NCBI GenBank assembly: GCA_013115145.1
Contig: JAAPAO010000096.1
Coordinates: forward strand, 1-64,000
Source of the DNA: Perkinsus chesapeaki ATCC PRA-425
Lineage: Eukaryota > Protista > Perkinsozoa
Direction: 5' to 3'
DNA length: 64,000 nt
Positions 38,501 through 52,675 of the stretch are shown in pieces. Every line of letters starts with the position of its first letter. The stretch's first letter is position 1. The notes under the pieces are model-generated. The model was not told where the DNA came from, searched no databases, and was given only the letters and a program-made list of their open reading frames with translations. Both the position numbers and the translations under genes were made by a program.

Positions 38501-40136
38501 ATTCAGTATAGAGGTATCCTACCTAACCTGACTAGTAGAGAGTTTAATTACTTCATTTCATCATTGGGTATCTTATACACTGGTGGAATTCTTTGGCGCT
38601 GAGATGGGTGGGTACAATGGCCGAGGTGACATGTTTGAACCTCCTTATGCAACCAACGTCGCTGAATTCGATTCCGAAGTCAGTTTAGCTGCTTTTATCA
38701 AAAGAAGCTAAACTCGGCCCTGCTTTTCCCACTCTAGAAGTCATTTCATGGATATACTCAATTTTCCAAAACAATTCCACCCGTGCATATGAATAATATC
38801 AGATCAATTGTCATTGTATTGCTACCAAAGTACAACAATAAAGCCAACTACCCACCGCAGGCGTTCAATGGAAGGTAAGCTTAATAGTATCAATGGTAAA
38901 AGGCAGGAGGCAATAGAGAAGGTCGCTAGGGAGAATCGATAAGGTAACCCTAAGCCCACCAAACGACCATGCCATTCCCAACCAACAGCTGCGATAAAAT
39001 TCTACTCAACCCGCTTCCTTATCGCCGCCGTTCTTACTCAAACCATAGAAGGCCTTAACAATGCCCACCAACTTCCCTCGATGCCACGGAAAATTCTTAG
39101 TATTGGTTGACACCAAAGCACTGTCCATCCATCCTACTCCTTGCCCAACACATAAAAAACAAAGTATCTGAGGAAAGCCGATGAACAGTGCTCACTGAGA
39201 ACTATGGATGATGATGAGGCACTTACCGGCGGCAGGGGCGTCCAAATCCCCAGCCTACTGGGCAACCATACAAGGACGTAGCCAACACCGACCAGTAGAG
39301 AACCTGGAACGATATACAACACTCCAAGGAAGAATCGAGAGAGCAAAACATATGAATGTTAATGAAATAAGACGTAATAAAAGTAGCCCAATCGGTGGTA
39401 CCAAAAGTAGACAAAAAGCTGCCACAGAAGGCATCTAAAGGATGAATAGATTCGCTAACCTTTATCAGCCCTAGTTCCCCTTTTACTACCAAATAGTATT
39501 GTCGGCCGCGGGCCGTACTTATCGCAGAATACTCCACCGAACACCGACAGACCATTGCCGGCATTGAACGCTAGAGAGAGGTAAGTCAATTGGGACTAAA
39601 GGATTAATGCATTAATAATATTATTAACAACGTTAAGTCGGCATAACTACAATTTAAATTTACTCGCTCGTTCAAAGCGGAAAAAGTAAATATCTGTGCC
39701 ATCTTACTACGAGCTTGGACATGTGTGAAATTAAACCGCCTCAAGAGGCAAGTTATTCCTAATAGAAGTATTTTAGGATTCGAGCTGTATTAGAGTATAT
39801 AAGAATTTCCTATATAGAGCGGCTCTAGACTACGACGACCAAGTTGATAGAAAGATCAGTATCATTGCCTCCTCATTTCCCCGGTTATTATTCTACAGCT
39901 GCTCTAGACTACAGAGAACTCCATCAATAAAGAGCTCAGGTAATCATTTCCGAAGCCTGCCCGTTTTCCTGTATTAATATTACCTGGCTCAGATCCAATG
40001 CGAACTTCAACTGTTCCGAATACAATCCAAAGGTATATACCGAGCCACATATCAACATGATTGGTAAGGAGGCAGCAGCAGTGGCCCAGGCTGCAACATT
40101 GGGGCACATCGGATGGTCACGGTCAATGATACTCAT
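35523..40136 (-). CDS. MFS transporter, nodulin-like (NFD4/MCH1-like), multi-exon
   Basis: N-terminal ASLPIMLICGSVYTFGLYSEQLKFALDLSQ|SQLTYLSLAFNAGNGLSVFGGVFCDKYGPR. C-terminal FWLYFVALLTGLGGGLTVINNSAQIG, GRVLSGRVSD...RP, FGRLYDRE and CISSACY. Confidence 0.85.
36548..36777. repeat. 39-bp minisatellite (about 3 visible copies plus a partial copy) spanning a 97-N assembly gap, in an MFS intron
   Basis: Unit aacatcatcgatggcgtttggctatggagtccataacct is repeated exactly before the N run (36661-36757) and resumes after it. Confidence 0.9.
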
Positions 40137-40894
40137 AGTAGAGGGAAAACAACAACAACAACTTCTGAAATAATGCAGTGGTGTGCCTACTACCTCCTAA
40201 GGATGACAGAATAGGATGGCACATTCTCAGGAGGTGGAACTACCCATGAAATGATTCACTATGAAGTCAGCTACCATCGCGAACTAATTACCACCCATAA
40301 AAAAGACGTAATAGAGTAGTAAAAATAAGTCGTCATGTGCTGCTTCTCAACAAGTGAAGCTTCCCTCTTAGCCATCCTACACTTTGAGTTTTTAACAATG
40401 ATGAAAGACAGCCACTTCTCTGCCATCAACCCGCACCCTCTATATGACAGTCCTTCACAGACAACCATCCCTCCTCAGAGCTCACTTTAAATGTAGAATA
40501 TTTCCCGACTAAAATCCCGGTGTCCCTCATGCCAACAGAACGGCTCGCTGTCACCACCGAGTTCCCACAATTCGATAATCAACCCAATCCACCCGCACAT
40601 TCACAAACCACCAAACTAACGAAATCTCTATCCACCCCCCCCCCTCCCCTGCCGTCCCGCAATCCGCTCACTTCCAGCAAGCTAGCAGCAGCAGTGTGAC
40701 ACAAATGTCTTCTAGCCTTGGCGCCGCACTAAACAAGCATTCACCCCCTCCCCGTGAATTCACCTAAACACCAGTCGTATTAACAAAAATTAAACTTGCC
40801 AAAATAGTTAAACCAGTAGCCGGCAAAGTGCCACTATGATGATCATGAAATCGATCACCAGGGCGAGCGATATCGATTATCTTGCGAACCACTT

Positions 40895-43500
40895 TCACTG
40901 AGTAGACACCACAACTAGCTGAGCTGTATGATCTGCCATCAATGCAGCCACCACCATTTCTCCGCCTTTCAAGCTCGCGATTCCTGTGTACCGTTCAACC
41001 CCTTCACTGCGATCTAATTCCGTAACTCTCAGAGATCCATATTGGAGATCCCATCGATGGAGCGTGCCGTTCGATAATAGAATTGAGACGTCAGATTCTT
41101 CAGAGTGCGCAATCCCCGCTATGGGCGTATCTTTCTGGTAGTCGCCGATCTTAACTCGTTTTCTCCATTCCCCTTCACTCCCCCTTTCAAGCATATACAC
41201 CCTTCCCTCGCCATTCGCCGCCACAGCTCTCGAGGCGCCCACAAATCCAATTTTCGCTATTTCCATCGGAAACGTCACCTCCGTCCCCGAGCTGCAATTC
41301 CACAGAGCCCTACCGCCAAAGGCAATAAGAATAGACCCGTCCCACCACACAACATCTGTCCCCTCTCGGCCCTCCCAGCCCACATCACACTGACCTTCCG
41401 GCCAAATACTAATGCCATCCGTTGCCACCAGCGTACCGCTCTCTCCTCCTTTCGTTGCCAGACCCACTGGAACGAAAAACGCCGCCAGCGAAGCGAAGAT
41501 TTCCGCGCTGGTCTTCAGCAGGCGAGGCTGGCCAGCCCCCGTGCCTCCCGGCAGAATGAGCCCTGTCCCGGTGGGAACATTCAAGACGTCCAATAGGCCC
41601 CAGATGAGCCTGATACGAAAGAAAATGGGCAAGGGAAGATGTCGACTATACATTATTATACTACTACTATCCACTAATAAGAATACCACGCACCACATTC
41701 AAATGTATTGCAATAAAGATGCAGGAAAACAGAGAAGGAAACAGCGAGTCCCATCGACCACGACAGCTGCTCTATACGCACGCGTGGCATCTGTGGAAGA
41801 TACAGTGTCCAAAATTCTGTCGCTTTATCGAGCATGCCACTCGATTCCCCAGGTCATGGGGACTTCTAAAAAGATTTCCTTAGAGTTGCCTTACATCTGT
41901 ATATTTTTTACTGGCACATGAACAGAAATGGCGAGAAAAATGTAAAACTTTATCGCATACGTGAATCGTACAACTAGCTCACACCCATCTGCAGAATCTA
42001 CGGGGATTATGATACATTATACATAACCATTGACAAACTTCCCCGCCCAAGCAGTACAGATCCCCGTAATGGACAATAAACGGCATTACTAGATTCCCAT
42101 AATGCCACCATTACCAGTATAAGACTCAAAGACCTCGAGGCATATCCATTGCTCCCAAAGGAACGCACTTGACCATTCCTCTAGCCCCAGCAGCTCTCCC
42201 AATTTCTATCACAATAGGACCGCTTTCCGATCCCCAACCAACACATTCCTATGACGCCAGATACCTCCCCGCTATATTACCCAACTGCCCATGTAAAGAC
42301 TACTATACTGGACGCTTGTTTATATATTGACCATGGCCTCGATGAATACTTAATAAACTGCTTCCTGCCTCTATCTTCACCCTTCACCTCATCTTTGCCA
42401 CCGCCACCACCCTCAGACCAATCCGCGCTTGTCGAAGCGAATCTACACTTTCCGCTGGACGCCAACCACCACTCTTCCTATATTACGTGACGTTCGGCTT
42501 AACCTCTTCAATAGGCTCAAGGCCCGGAGATCTTTTAATGTCCTCAGGCAGCAAGCTTTTAGATATCCTATCCGAATGCCCATGCTCATACCTACAAGAA
42601 TCGATGCTTGGGCTGGGTTACATAATCAATGCCACCAAGTACAATTTCTAATATAACCCATCACTTCACTTTGGACTGCTATATCGGCATTCCCTGCTCT
42701 GCACTATACCATAGACAGATCTATATTACTAAGTAATATATAATACATCAGTAGCTGCTCACACAAGGCGGCCCCGGCACGAATAAAACGATCCCTACTC
42801 TCAGCAACCAAGCTGAAAACGCTCGACCGTTACCTGCGTATAATGTCGATCTACTTTTTACGATTCAGACCTTCTCTTATTGCCGAAGTACTCTCACTAC
42901 TGATTTAATATAGGATGAAAATAACAAATAAAATATTGCCAAATTATCCGACGTAAGCCTTTCTATATGACCCACACAAATTACGCACACTGAATCCTGC
43001 AAGTAGAAATCTGCTAAATCACCAGCAGAGCCGCGACCAGCCAATTGGCGCCTTCCGACATCCCTCCATCCGTTGTATTATTACAGTTCGCTACTGTGCC
43101 GTTTTTGGCCTCCCTTCACCTCACTGGTTCCCGTGGCGTCTTGAAACTTCCTAACAGCTTCATAAAAAGCATGAAGCTCAGTGGCGATCTCTTCAGGCGT
43201 TGGCGAGGGGCTCTCTCCCAGCGAATCACTGCTTGAACCCTACCCAGCACGAAAATGGTAAACATGCATCGCTTCGCTCCGCCTACCATAGACTTTAATT
43301 CCAACAGTGGCGGTTGCCATCGAATATCTCCAGTGTCAGTATTGAGGTAATAGTTCACTGATTGGCCTGATGACGAAGCCCTTATTCTACTTCCACTGAG
43401 AAATAGGACGAAAACGAAACCAGAATGAATATGCCTTCTTGGTGGTAACAGACCATGATCAAGAAAGACAATACCTTCGGGCTTCACTCCATCATGGTGA
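40895..43500 (-). CDS. Hypothetical protein: N-terminal WW-like motif, hydrophobic segments, C-terminal beta-rich (propeller-like) domain
   Basis: SSSGQSVNYYLNTDTGDIRWQPP at about 43300-43380. The last ORF (267 aa) is beta-rich (VYML, ILLSNGTLHRWDL, YTGIA). Internal exons are not fully resolved. Confidence 0.5.
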
Positions 43501-44389
43501 TAAAAGTAATAATAAAAATTCAAGCGACTTGAATGGTTCACACTTGTCTCTTTGAAATTGCAATGATAAGCGCATTCCTGCTAGCAACACTCCCTTTTCC
43601 TGTACGACTCCCCGGCGCTATCTTTACAGGCCATTGTATTTCATTGTCATTATTTCACTAGTACGAAAAATACTGCGCATGCTCGTATACTACCTGAAGT
43701 ATCATCGAAGTAGCTTAATTTAACCCATTTCCCTTTGGCCAACTTATTAGCTGGTATCTGACCAGCTCTACCGAGCTCGACCATTGATAAATGCAGACCA
43801 TTCCTGAAAACCAGATTATCCTCATTTATGCTTCTAATTCCTATCTACTATAAATTCTTACACACAACCTATCATTAATACTTTGGGAGGATCATTCAAG
43901 AAGCTATCAGCTTGATCATCGTGATCCAATATCACACTTGATAATGCAGTTGATGACGTATGTTGAATGATGTTAATATAACTGCCCTTATTTACTATAT
44001 CACGTCCTTGAAGCAAATTCTGTACTACAGTCCTCCAAATAAACTTACAATATTTTGGAACAATACCATTACTTTACAACGGGAACGAGTTTAGGGCTCA
44101 TTTTCGGATATGTTACGCATATCGCAGTTCAGACTCACTTGTCAAAATGTTGTAACCGTTTCATGCCTAGTTACTGACATATGGGCGAGCGAAATTTTTG
44201 CGCGTGCCAGAATTGCCAAATTAACTTAAAATAATTATTAACCATCAACGGCAACAGATGTGGGTCTGTGTGCACAAACAAGACAGAAACCTATAAGGAT
44301 CAAACCAGCACACCATTGCGCTCATATAAAAAAGTAGTATCTGCTGCCATGCATGCAAGGATATGTCTATAATCACCCATAATGCTCTA

Positions 44390-47300
44390 GGTCATAGCAG
44401 GCCGCCGCCGCCGGCCTCCTCGACCATCAGCTTCCGTGCACTTATTAGTATCCCTCCATACGTCAAAAAAGGCCTGTTTGAGTTGCCTCCTTTTGAAAAG
44501 CATAGGCTCTGGTGAAGACTAGTTTTCTACTCCTATCCGACCCACGCGTCTACGCTCCAGCCCTTCATACCGTATTTTCTCGAACTCTTCTTTAAGATTA
44601 ATTATCTCTCCCTGCTGCAGCCTCGACAACTGCTCTTGATTCCGCCCAAATCGTCGGAACAACTTCTGTAGTTTCCTCTGTGCCGAGGCACATTCCTTTT
44701 CCAGCTTTTTCGAGGGCGTTTCCGCGTCACTGTCGCCCCGGTCCACATCTCCCCACAGGAATTCGCTTGCATTCTTAGTCTAAAACGCGAACATCTTCAG
44801 CTGCTCCGATAGATGGTCCTCACGTCAATGCCGAGGTCGGCAAGTTCTTGCTGTATGAAATTGTGAACTTGATTCTCTCCGATTATCTCTGAAAACAATC
44901 TATCCACCACCGACTGGCCTGTGACACTTTTTCGATCAAGTCTATTTTGTAATACATATGTAGCATCCGAGACACTAGTATCGAGTGGTATATAACGTTT
45001 TAATGCATAATAGGATAGGAGGCCACGTCCCCTCCCTCTACATCCTACAGTACTGCATTTTAAATGGCAATGAAAAGTGAGGAATTGTGCGAAAATAAAA
45101 AATATCGATATAGTACATAATCTCATACAACACTTATTATGCACTGTATTATTATTAGGTACTTATTATTAGGATGCGCTTGTTATGTACTGTATGCAAG
45201 CACCTCCGCCACTCCCCTCCTACTACTACCCGAAGATATTCCCACCGTACTGAACTTGGCCGGCAATCCTCCCTTCGACTCTATAGCTTGGACCAATACA
45301 AAACATACCCACATACCATTCAAAATGAACGATACCAAAGCGATAGCTTTACCTTATCACCAAAACAGGTCCAAAACCGAGGCAGACAGATTCCTACCTG
45401 GTGTCACTTCCCCAGCATAATCGAACGTCGCTGCTACACCGGCCGATAAAGGTGCGCAGTATATAAGGAATGTCATTAGAACAGCCTCACCCTTGCTTAA
45501 TATTAGATTAATCTTAAAGTGTAAAAGAGCAGTTGTAGCCATTACAACCACGAATGCCCAAGCTGCCCATGGTTGTCGATCCCCTATCATAGTTGTCCTA
45601 AATAACAACAAGTCTTCGCATACTGGCACCATTCTACCTAGTAATAATAGATACGCAACTCCTGGAACACACCACGGTACTAAACCACAGTCCGATAAAA
45701 TATAACCGATCGTATTTCCGCCAACTTTTCGATGTCAATAATTAGGCATGAAACGGTTGATCGATTTACTGTCAGATTTTCGATTATCATTACGGTTCTC
45801 ATGTTTACTATCTCTTGGCGTTGGGCTGTACTAACTCATGCACATTCATATAATTTAGATCAGCCAGAGTAAGGCCAGAAGATACACGAGGCCGCTCACC
45901 GACTTTGATCATGCTTACCCCAGAGCGAAGATAGCAAGAGTCATTAATAACTGATTAGTTCCCATGGCCATACACACCCTGGCATACGCATCATAGCCCT
46001 GCCAAGATGTTTGGAGATGTTGAAATAGTTTGAAGTGGATCTGGTACCTGTGGATCTGAGATATCATTTCACAGCCGTTCTTTGGAAGGCTCAGAGTCTC
46101 AACGAAGCCGGATCTGATTACTCAAGCAGAGCCTCGAGTCAGACAGAATAAGCCTTTTTGGGTCGACTTCGTTCTACTGCGCACAAACGATGTCATTTTT
46201 TCCTGGACCAAACCAATGTCACATCGATATAGTACGAGGCTGCTGTGACGAGCCAGGAGCTGATTTTCAAGGAGCTTATTAGCGACGCCTATTATCTTGC
46301 TTAGTCCATCCAATTTACACAGTCCAACTCGACCTATGAAGACTCAAGCTCATCCGGCCCGAGGTCTCCAAGTACTCTTCAATAAGACGATACGGCAAAT
46401 TAAACACAGCGGAGCAACCGGGCAGCTTGGACCACTTAAAACCCGTTAATATTGAAAACGCACTCCGTATCCTAGTACACACAAAAACTAGTAAACAACA
46501 ACAACGTGAATCAGCAGGAAACCTACCTCATCAGAAGACCCATAAAAGATTCCCAAAAGGTTGATAACCGGACTACTACATTCTATCGGCTTCCTTCTTC
46601 ATATCATCTCTCTCCATCTTTTGCAGCTGTTCATGCTTCCGTGCCATTGTCGCATCGACTTCCTCATTTTTAGGGGCCAAGCGATGCAGGCCGGGTATCC
46701 GCAGAATCGAACTGCCAACCCCTGATGCCTCGTAGTCCTACGAACAAGTCCACCTCATTAATTGCGATACTATGTCTACAACCGCGCACAGTGAGGGAAA
46801 TGTTATATAAGACTGACCGCGCTAGTGCCACGGGGAGAGCAAACCTAACCAGGTGACCTTCCTAGGCCATGCCCACGGCCATATACGGTATCTAGGACGA
46901 AGAAGCCAGGGAACCGGCAAGATCCACCCCAAGCTTGTAAATTACTAAAAGTTATTATTGATTAACATAGTAAGAAATTCATTATATCATAGTGTGCAGA
47001 TATAAGCTATTTTCCCCGTGGCTCACCTTGAGCGTCGCTGATGCAGCAGCGATCTCGTCAGTACCCGGGACAGGCAACCTGTAAAGGAAGGACTCGTCCA
47101 CCGAGGCCACCGCCGCCTGCTTGTACTACCGAAGCCATTGCGTAAGGAGACGCACTACGAAGGCTTGGGCAGTTATAGAAGCATGCAGGGATAGCCAAAC
47201 TGATACCAAAAGGAACATAGTGGATCCTGATAGGTTAAGGCACCTGGAAAGAACGGGACGATGAAATCTCACAGTCGAATTCACAAGGGTTTGATATGGA

Positions 47301-47760
47301 AATAATTCAATTACGAGTCTAACGATTGAAGTGATAGATCCGGGAATTAGGAAGAGACAAGGGTTCGTTCTCCTATCAAGTGTATCGTCTTTCTTGAGGT
47401 TCTGTGTACTTACCACATCCACCAGAGCCAAGGAGGATTCTCAGGCGGCAAAACACCATCATAGAACAAGGCAATACAAAAGCCGAGCATGAGGGTGTTA
47501 ACAACAAGGTAGTTATCCATCTTGGTTATAGTCAAACCGAAGAGGTCTCGCAGATCCTCCCTGTACAAACCAACCTAGAATGAATCTTGCACGGAGGTTG
47601 AGTAAAATATCTTTCCTACTTGTTGCAACCGCATGTTTTGTATCTGATGAATTTTATTCTGCCTCAGTGTCTGGTCGAATACAAAGGCATCTTTATTATA
47701 CGAGAATATCGAACCGGCGCCGCTGGCCAGCGCCGCCCCCGCAGCAGCAAGCTCTGCCAT
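44390..47760 (-). CDS. Multi-TM membrane protein of an uncharacterised alveolate-type family; TM1 region resembles Orai
   Basis: FSYNKDAFVFDQTLRQ...LYREDLRDLFGLTITKMDNYLVVNTLMLGFCIALFYDGVLPPENPPWLWW, SVWLSLHASITAQAFVVRLLTQWLR, WQGYDAYARVCMAMGTNQLL, PWAAWAFVVV, and a coiled-coil C-terminus. The 3' end is approximate. Confidence 0.65.
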
Positions 47761-48148
47761 TTAAACAATGTCTACGAAAGAACAACTTAGTCGCTTTAAC
47801 ACAATAATATAGAAGAAAAAGATATGTTATGACGAAGGCGTTGGGAGGGTATCTTTGGTGAGACCTGTATGATAGCAATAGGCAAGTACGTAGTGTCAAT
47901 AATAATAGACCTTTTGTCGTGCAAAAATCCAAGGACAAGTAGAGTTCGAGTAGAAGCCAATCAGGCAAGTGCACGAAAAATAATGACAGATCGATCGGGT
48001 TGTTGACCTAGTTTTGGTGATCTGGTTATAGAACAGGTGTTGTCAAAGCCAATGAGCCGTATGGACATTTGAATGACAGAGTCTGGTGAGGCCATTCGTA
48101 TCGCTTATTGATAACAGATACTCTATAACGTGAGTAAACAACGCTACC

Positions 48149-48173
48149 AATGAGAGTTAATTTAACTCTCATT
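48149..48173. repeat. Perfect palindrome with 12-bp arms and a 1-nt centre
   Basis: aatgagagttaa-t-ttaactctcatt. Confidence 0.85.
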
Positions 48174-50142
48174 TAACTCACACAAAGTATCTTAAGTTGA
48201 CGAGCGCAAGATACGATTGGAGTAAAATGATACTCAAGAGGGACAAAGAAAATGTTGACTCGAAACACAAGATGTGTACAAGAGACTCTCTTGATTCAAG
48301 AGTCTTGAAGAGAGTTGCACAGGGAGAATGATAAAGCCAAAAAACGTCCGATATTATGTTCGGGCAGTTTCTACTATTGAAGCTAGCCATAGCTCTGTCG
48401 ACTTAAATCATACTGTCATAGCAGGAAACTAATTGATTTAGCCTACCTAACACTAATGAAAGGTCACGAGTACATCAGCAATAACGTGTGAAGATGCCTT
48501 GTGTCTGCGTATAGATGTACGCATGCACAAATTCTGGGTTAAGGGCATCTTCGTCGTGGTAACCCATCTGATCCAATATGAGTACGTCCAGTGGCCAGTT
48601 GGTCGATTCTTATTTCACCCCTTATTGAATCATCCGCTACCACTCCGTCCATCTCACTTCGGCCAGCCGAGTGCGCCCACCGCGCGCCATTATCTTTTCA
48701 TCCACTGCCACTTCATCCATTCGTATTTCGTCCACATCTCGCGTTGCTGAACTTTTTAACATGTCACCGCGAAGCCGCTTCACCATATTGGCAAAGTGGT
48801 GAATAGGAGTCGTATAATATTCTCTGGCCGGCTATCCCACCGAATAGTACGTGGAGTCCACAATTGAGACGATAAAAGGAAACCTACTTCCAATCCCAGA
48901 ATACAGTCCTCCAGAATAATCTTAGAATATTTTGAAATAACATCATTACTTCACTACTTGAGTCATACGAATCATTCTCAGAGCGGTTCCACTTCAGCTG
49001 ATTCGCGAGTTCGTATTTGTATAACGTTCAGGTAATGAAGTAGATCGGAATATTCAAGTAGAATGATCCCCGACACCCTCTACTTAGTAGAGTGACTACC
49101 ACTACTACTGTAGACTCGGCTCATTATGACATTAGCAGGCCTTTAAAGAGCTCAGGGTTTTATCCTCCATACTGAACGGTCGTACAATATTCTGGCCTGG
49201 TGAAACTAGCTTAACTTCGCTGAGTTAGTTTAGCTAACCGCACTAGCGAAAAACTTTTGGTTGTCCAGGTTGTCGCAAGCTCAGTATCACCGACATATCC
49301 TTCCACCGTCAAGACTCGTCGAGTGTTTCAAGACCTGAGGAAGAAGGAACAGTTGATGACGATTAAGGCTAGTAACCTTAGATCAGTTAGACGTGATTGT
49401 TGTATCATGTATTTGCTCGTTATTAAGGACCATTTCAATCGACATAATCCTCGAAATGAGCTCTAATATTTCCCCGTGCGCAGGGTCCTGCGCTGAAACG
49501 TGCTCCCTCAACATTTACCATGCGAAAGTCAGTGAAATGCATGAGCGTATGCCGCCTTCGGACATTATACTAGTTATTGTATGATCATCAATATCATTAT
49601 TATTTCGCAGCTTCTGCGATGCCCGCGCAGGGCGGGAGGTTCACTTGTATGTCGACTCTCGATCAGTTATAGATCGCGAAGATATGAAAAGCGCGGGACA
49701 TGTAAGACATCGTTAGATGTCTTGCAGAACTACTAATAACAGTGACTGTAATAGCAAAACCTGACACGACAGTGCCGCGACGGCACTATGCAGCACAGTC
49801 TGTGCCGTCGGCACAGTCCTCGGCACCCTGCGGCCAACGGATTGGATATGCTAGCACAATAATTTCTTCCTACATCGTGATGGTATTCATTACTCTACGC
49901 GATAGCACAAGAATTCCTCCTTACCTGTCCCCATATCGTGAGGGAACTTCGGCAGTAGGAGGACTTCGCTTCCAGTAATTAAGGAACGAAGGTAAGTTGA
50001 GTTGCTGGAATCGCGAACGGGACTGGAATCTGGAACGCAGACGGAAGTAGAATATACCGCCGCATGGCGCGACCGGGTAGATCCCATGTGCACTCCATAT
50101 TGTGCAGCATGGGCACAGACAGTGGCGCAAGGCGGATGCGCG

Positions 50143-50163
50143 CAATAGAGCCGCTCCTCTTGA
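50143..50163 (+). promoter_or_regulatory. 21-nt motif conserved upstream of both GH18-like genes (second copy at 53882-53902, minus strand)
   Basis: caatagagccgctcctcttga versus caacagagccgctccgcttga (19/21 identical), although the distance to the ATG differs. Confidence 0.45.
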
Positions 50164-50204
50164 AAGAGCTTTGGTGACAAGAAGCTGGAAACAAGTTTCG
50201 AATC

Positions 50205-51312
50205 ATGGTTTATGACATGAAAATCCTGCTACTACTATTAAGTCTGGGATGTGGTGCTGATGTACCTTTTTATAAAGGTGTTGGTTATCCGTGGGTTAAA
50301 GACACTCAATTCTGTTTTAACTCGACTTTATGCCCGCAGCGTGTTGATTATACTTGGAAGTGGTATTTTAATACCATTATGGATAAAGGGGCAAAGCGTT
50401 TCATATTGGCTGGGTACTCCATTATCGATAGCAAGATCATACAGGATCCGCCATTCTCTCCACCGTGGGACAAAACGGATTTTGCGAACTTGAAGAAGAA
50501 GGTATCAGATGCTGGCGGACTTATTTGGTTACAGTTTGAGCGAATCTATGGAAAAGGAAAGTTCGATGAGTCTTTGTTTCGAGAAAGCGCTAGGCAATTC
50601 ATACAGAACTACTCCGTGGACGGGTTTTTATTTGACTTGCAAAAGCCGGAAGTTGCAAAGGATGCATATAGGATTCTCAGCACAGTCAAGGCGCTGGGGA
50701 AGACTGCCGTTCTTCAGTAAGAATAACGGCTGGTGTTTGAGTATGGTCACCTGAATAAATCGGTGAAGCCTCCTTCTCAGATATTGGCCAGAGGCCGAAA
50801 AGGCAGTGAAGAAAACTGGGTTAGGTGCACTTGCAGATTACACTGTGGTCTACTTGACTCCCTACTTTGACAAATCTCTCACAAAGGTATTCAATACTGA
50901 TAAGTTTGCTATCAACAGAGTCGGAAGTGCCATAAAAGCCGGAGCAAATGCTAAGGCCATAATACTGAGAGTGAGCTTATCTTAACCGAGTCACTCTGAC
51001 TCTTTGCTATCATTACTCTTTTTTCAGATCCCGCTTCTTGCGCGGGCTGACTATGAATCTAGTGACTCTGGATATTCAAGCGCAATTTTTGATATGCATG
51101 GTGACCCTAAGGGAAGCGGCTCTATTATATTCCCTAAAGGCAAAGGATATTACTTCTTCTCCCAACCGCGAGCTGTAGAGAAGGTCATCTTGGTGAAGAA
51201 AATGGGACTTCATGGTATCATGATTGACCCACCATATAGCGAAACCACGGATATCTATCCGTGGGATGACCGCTCTATTTTCTATGCTTTAGCACAGTCA
51301 GTTAAGTCGTGA
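50205..51312 (+). CDS. Secreted GH18 (chitinase)-like TIM-barrel protein, copy 1, catalytic Glu absent
   Basis: Signal peptide, then FDESLFRESARQFIQNYSVDGFLFDLQ at the DxxDxDxE position and C-terminal YYFFSQPRAVEKVILVKKMGLHGIMI (GH18-like). Two introns. Confidence 0.6.
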
Positions 51313-52675
51313 AGCTCAACAGCGAACGATTGCTCGCGGAGGTTCGACAATCGTTACGGCCAATATGGGACGTATGGTATGATGGACTTTATCGTTCTGT
51401 GTATATCTCCCCGGCCATCACTACTGCGTACACGAGATCGTCTGGATGACTTCTTACTACATTATTTTCGGTAAGTTCTCACGAAGGACCAACCAGTTTA
51501 CCCTCCATTGATTTTCTCTAGTCTCGAGAGTATCAGCGATCTTGCGTAACACAAGTTGCGTCACCACTGTTACCGGATAACAGTTATCCGATCCGCTCGT
51601 TAGGCTGCAGCCGAAAGGTGAATGCTAGTGACGACCCTTTTTATGGCTTCGAGTTCCTGCTACTCGAAGTCAGCATCTCCCCGTTCCCCTGACCAATATT
51701 GAACTGACAGGTTGTCAGAGACAACACTGTCTGACTATCGTAAGCGTAACATTGTCGAGAGGAGCGGAGAATCAGACTATACTTTAGTTTGTTTGTCATA
51801 TAGTTACTATATTATAGTATACTGCATCTTTCTTCATATGAAGAAAGTTTTCTCGAAAAACTACTTCTGTATGAACCGAGTTTCAATGTGGAATGATTCC
51901 ACCGGAATCCTACGGACTTGGAGTAGGAGTACAGTCTTCTTGAAATGATCGTGGATTCGGCGATGTTCGCTTCATAATGTCGTAAACTCCTTCTCGAGAG
52001 ATTCGGGCACCGAATTACCACTCGCTTCCACCGTGTATAGAAACGTCTAAGAAACACATCTTTCGTAAAAGAAATATAGCTCAATGTTTAGTGGCACTTC
52101 AACAGTGCAAAACACAAGCTCATCAAGCTGCAAGTTCGTCAACTTACTGAAACTAGTGAGCCTTACCTTGACATGGGAGAAAAATCATCCAGGCGATATA
52201 TTACAGTATCAGGACTGATATGGAAGATGTTAGTCATCTTCAAAAATGGAAGATGACATGCCAACAGATCAAATCTCTCTGGTAGAAAGCAACTCTTACA
52301 AAACTGCAAACTATGTGGCAGCATCACCAGAAGCTAGAAAGCATCACTTATCAGTCATGATTACGTCTTTATTACGATTATTGCAAGAGTCTCTATTATT
52401 GACTTAGATCTAACTCAGTGATAGTGGCCGCTAGTTGTATGTGGTGGAGTGTTCCTGAATGAGACTCACTTTAACTACTACAGTGCAAACACAAGCCGCT
52501 AACATCGAGACTAGAAAACTCCGCAGAATGAGACCTGGCAAGAGTTTGTCCGACTCAATGTAGTAAAAAGTCATCCAGACGATCTTGTGTAAGGAAAGGT
52601 GAGGTTCGAGGAGATGCAGGCAGATCAATAAGGCGCATCGTCATACCTCCGGAAGTAGTATTTTGCTGCTCAAAC

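Noticed and set aside
48400-48900. Retroelement or gene fragment upstream of the 4-TM gene
   Set aside because: No frame gave a recognisable RT, integrase or other domain motif.
51340-52660. Pseudogene (for example an aspartyl protease) between the GH18-like genes
   Set aside because: Short broken frames without DTG/DSG or other diagnostic motifs.
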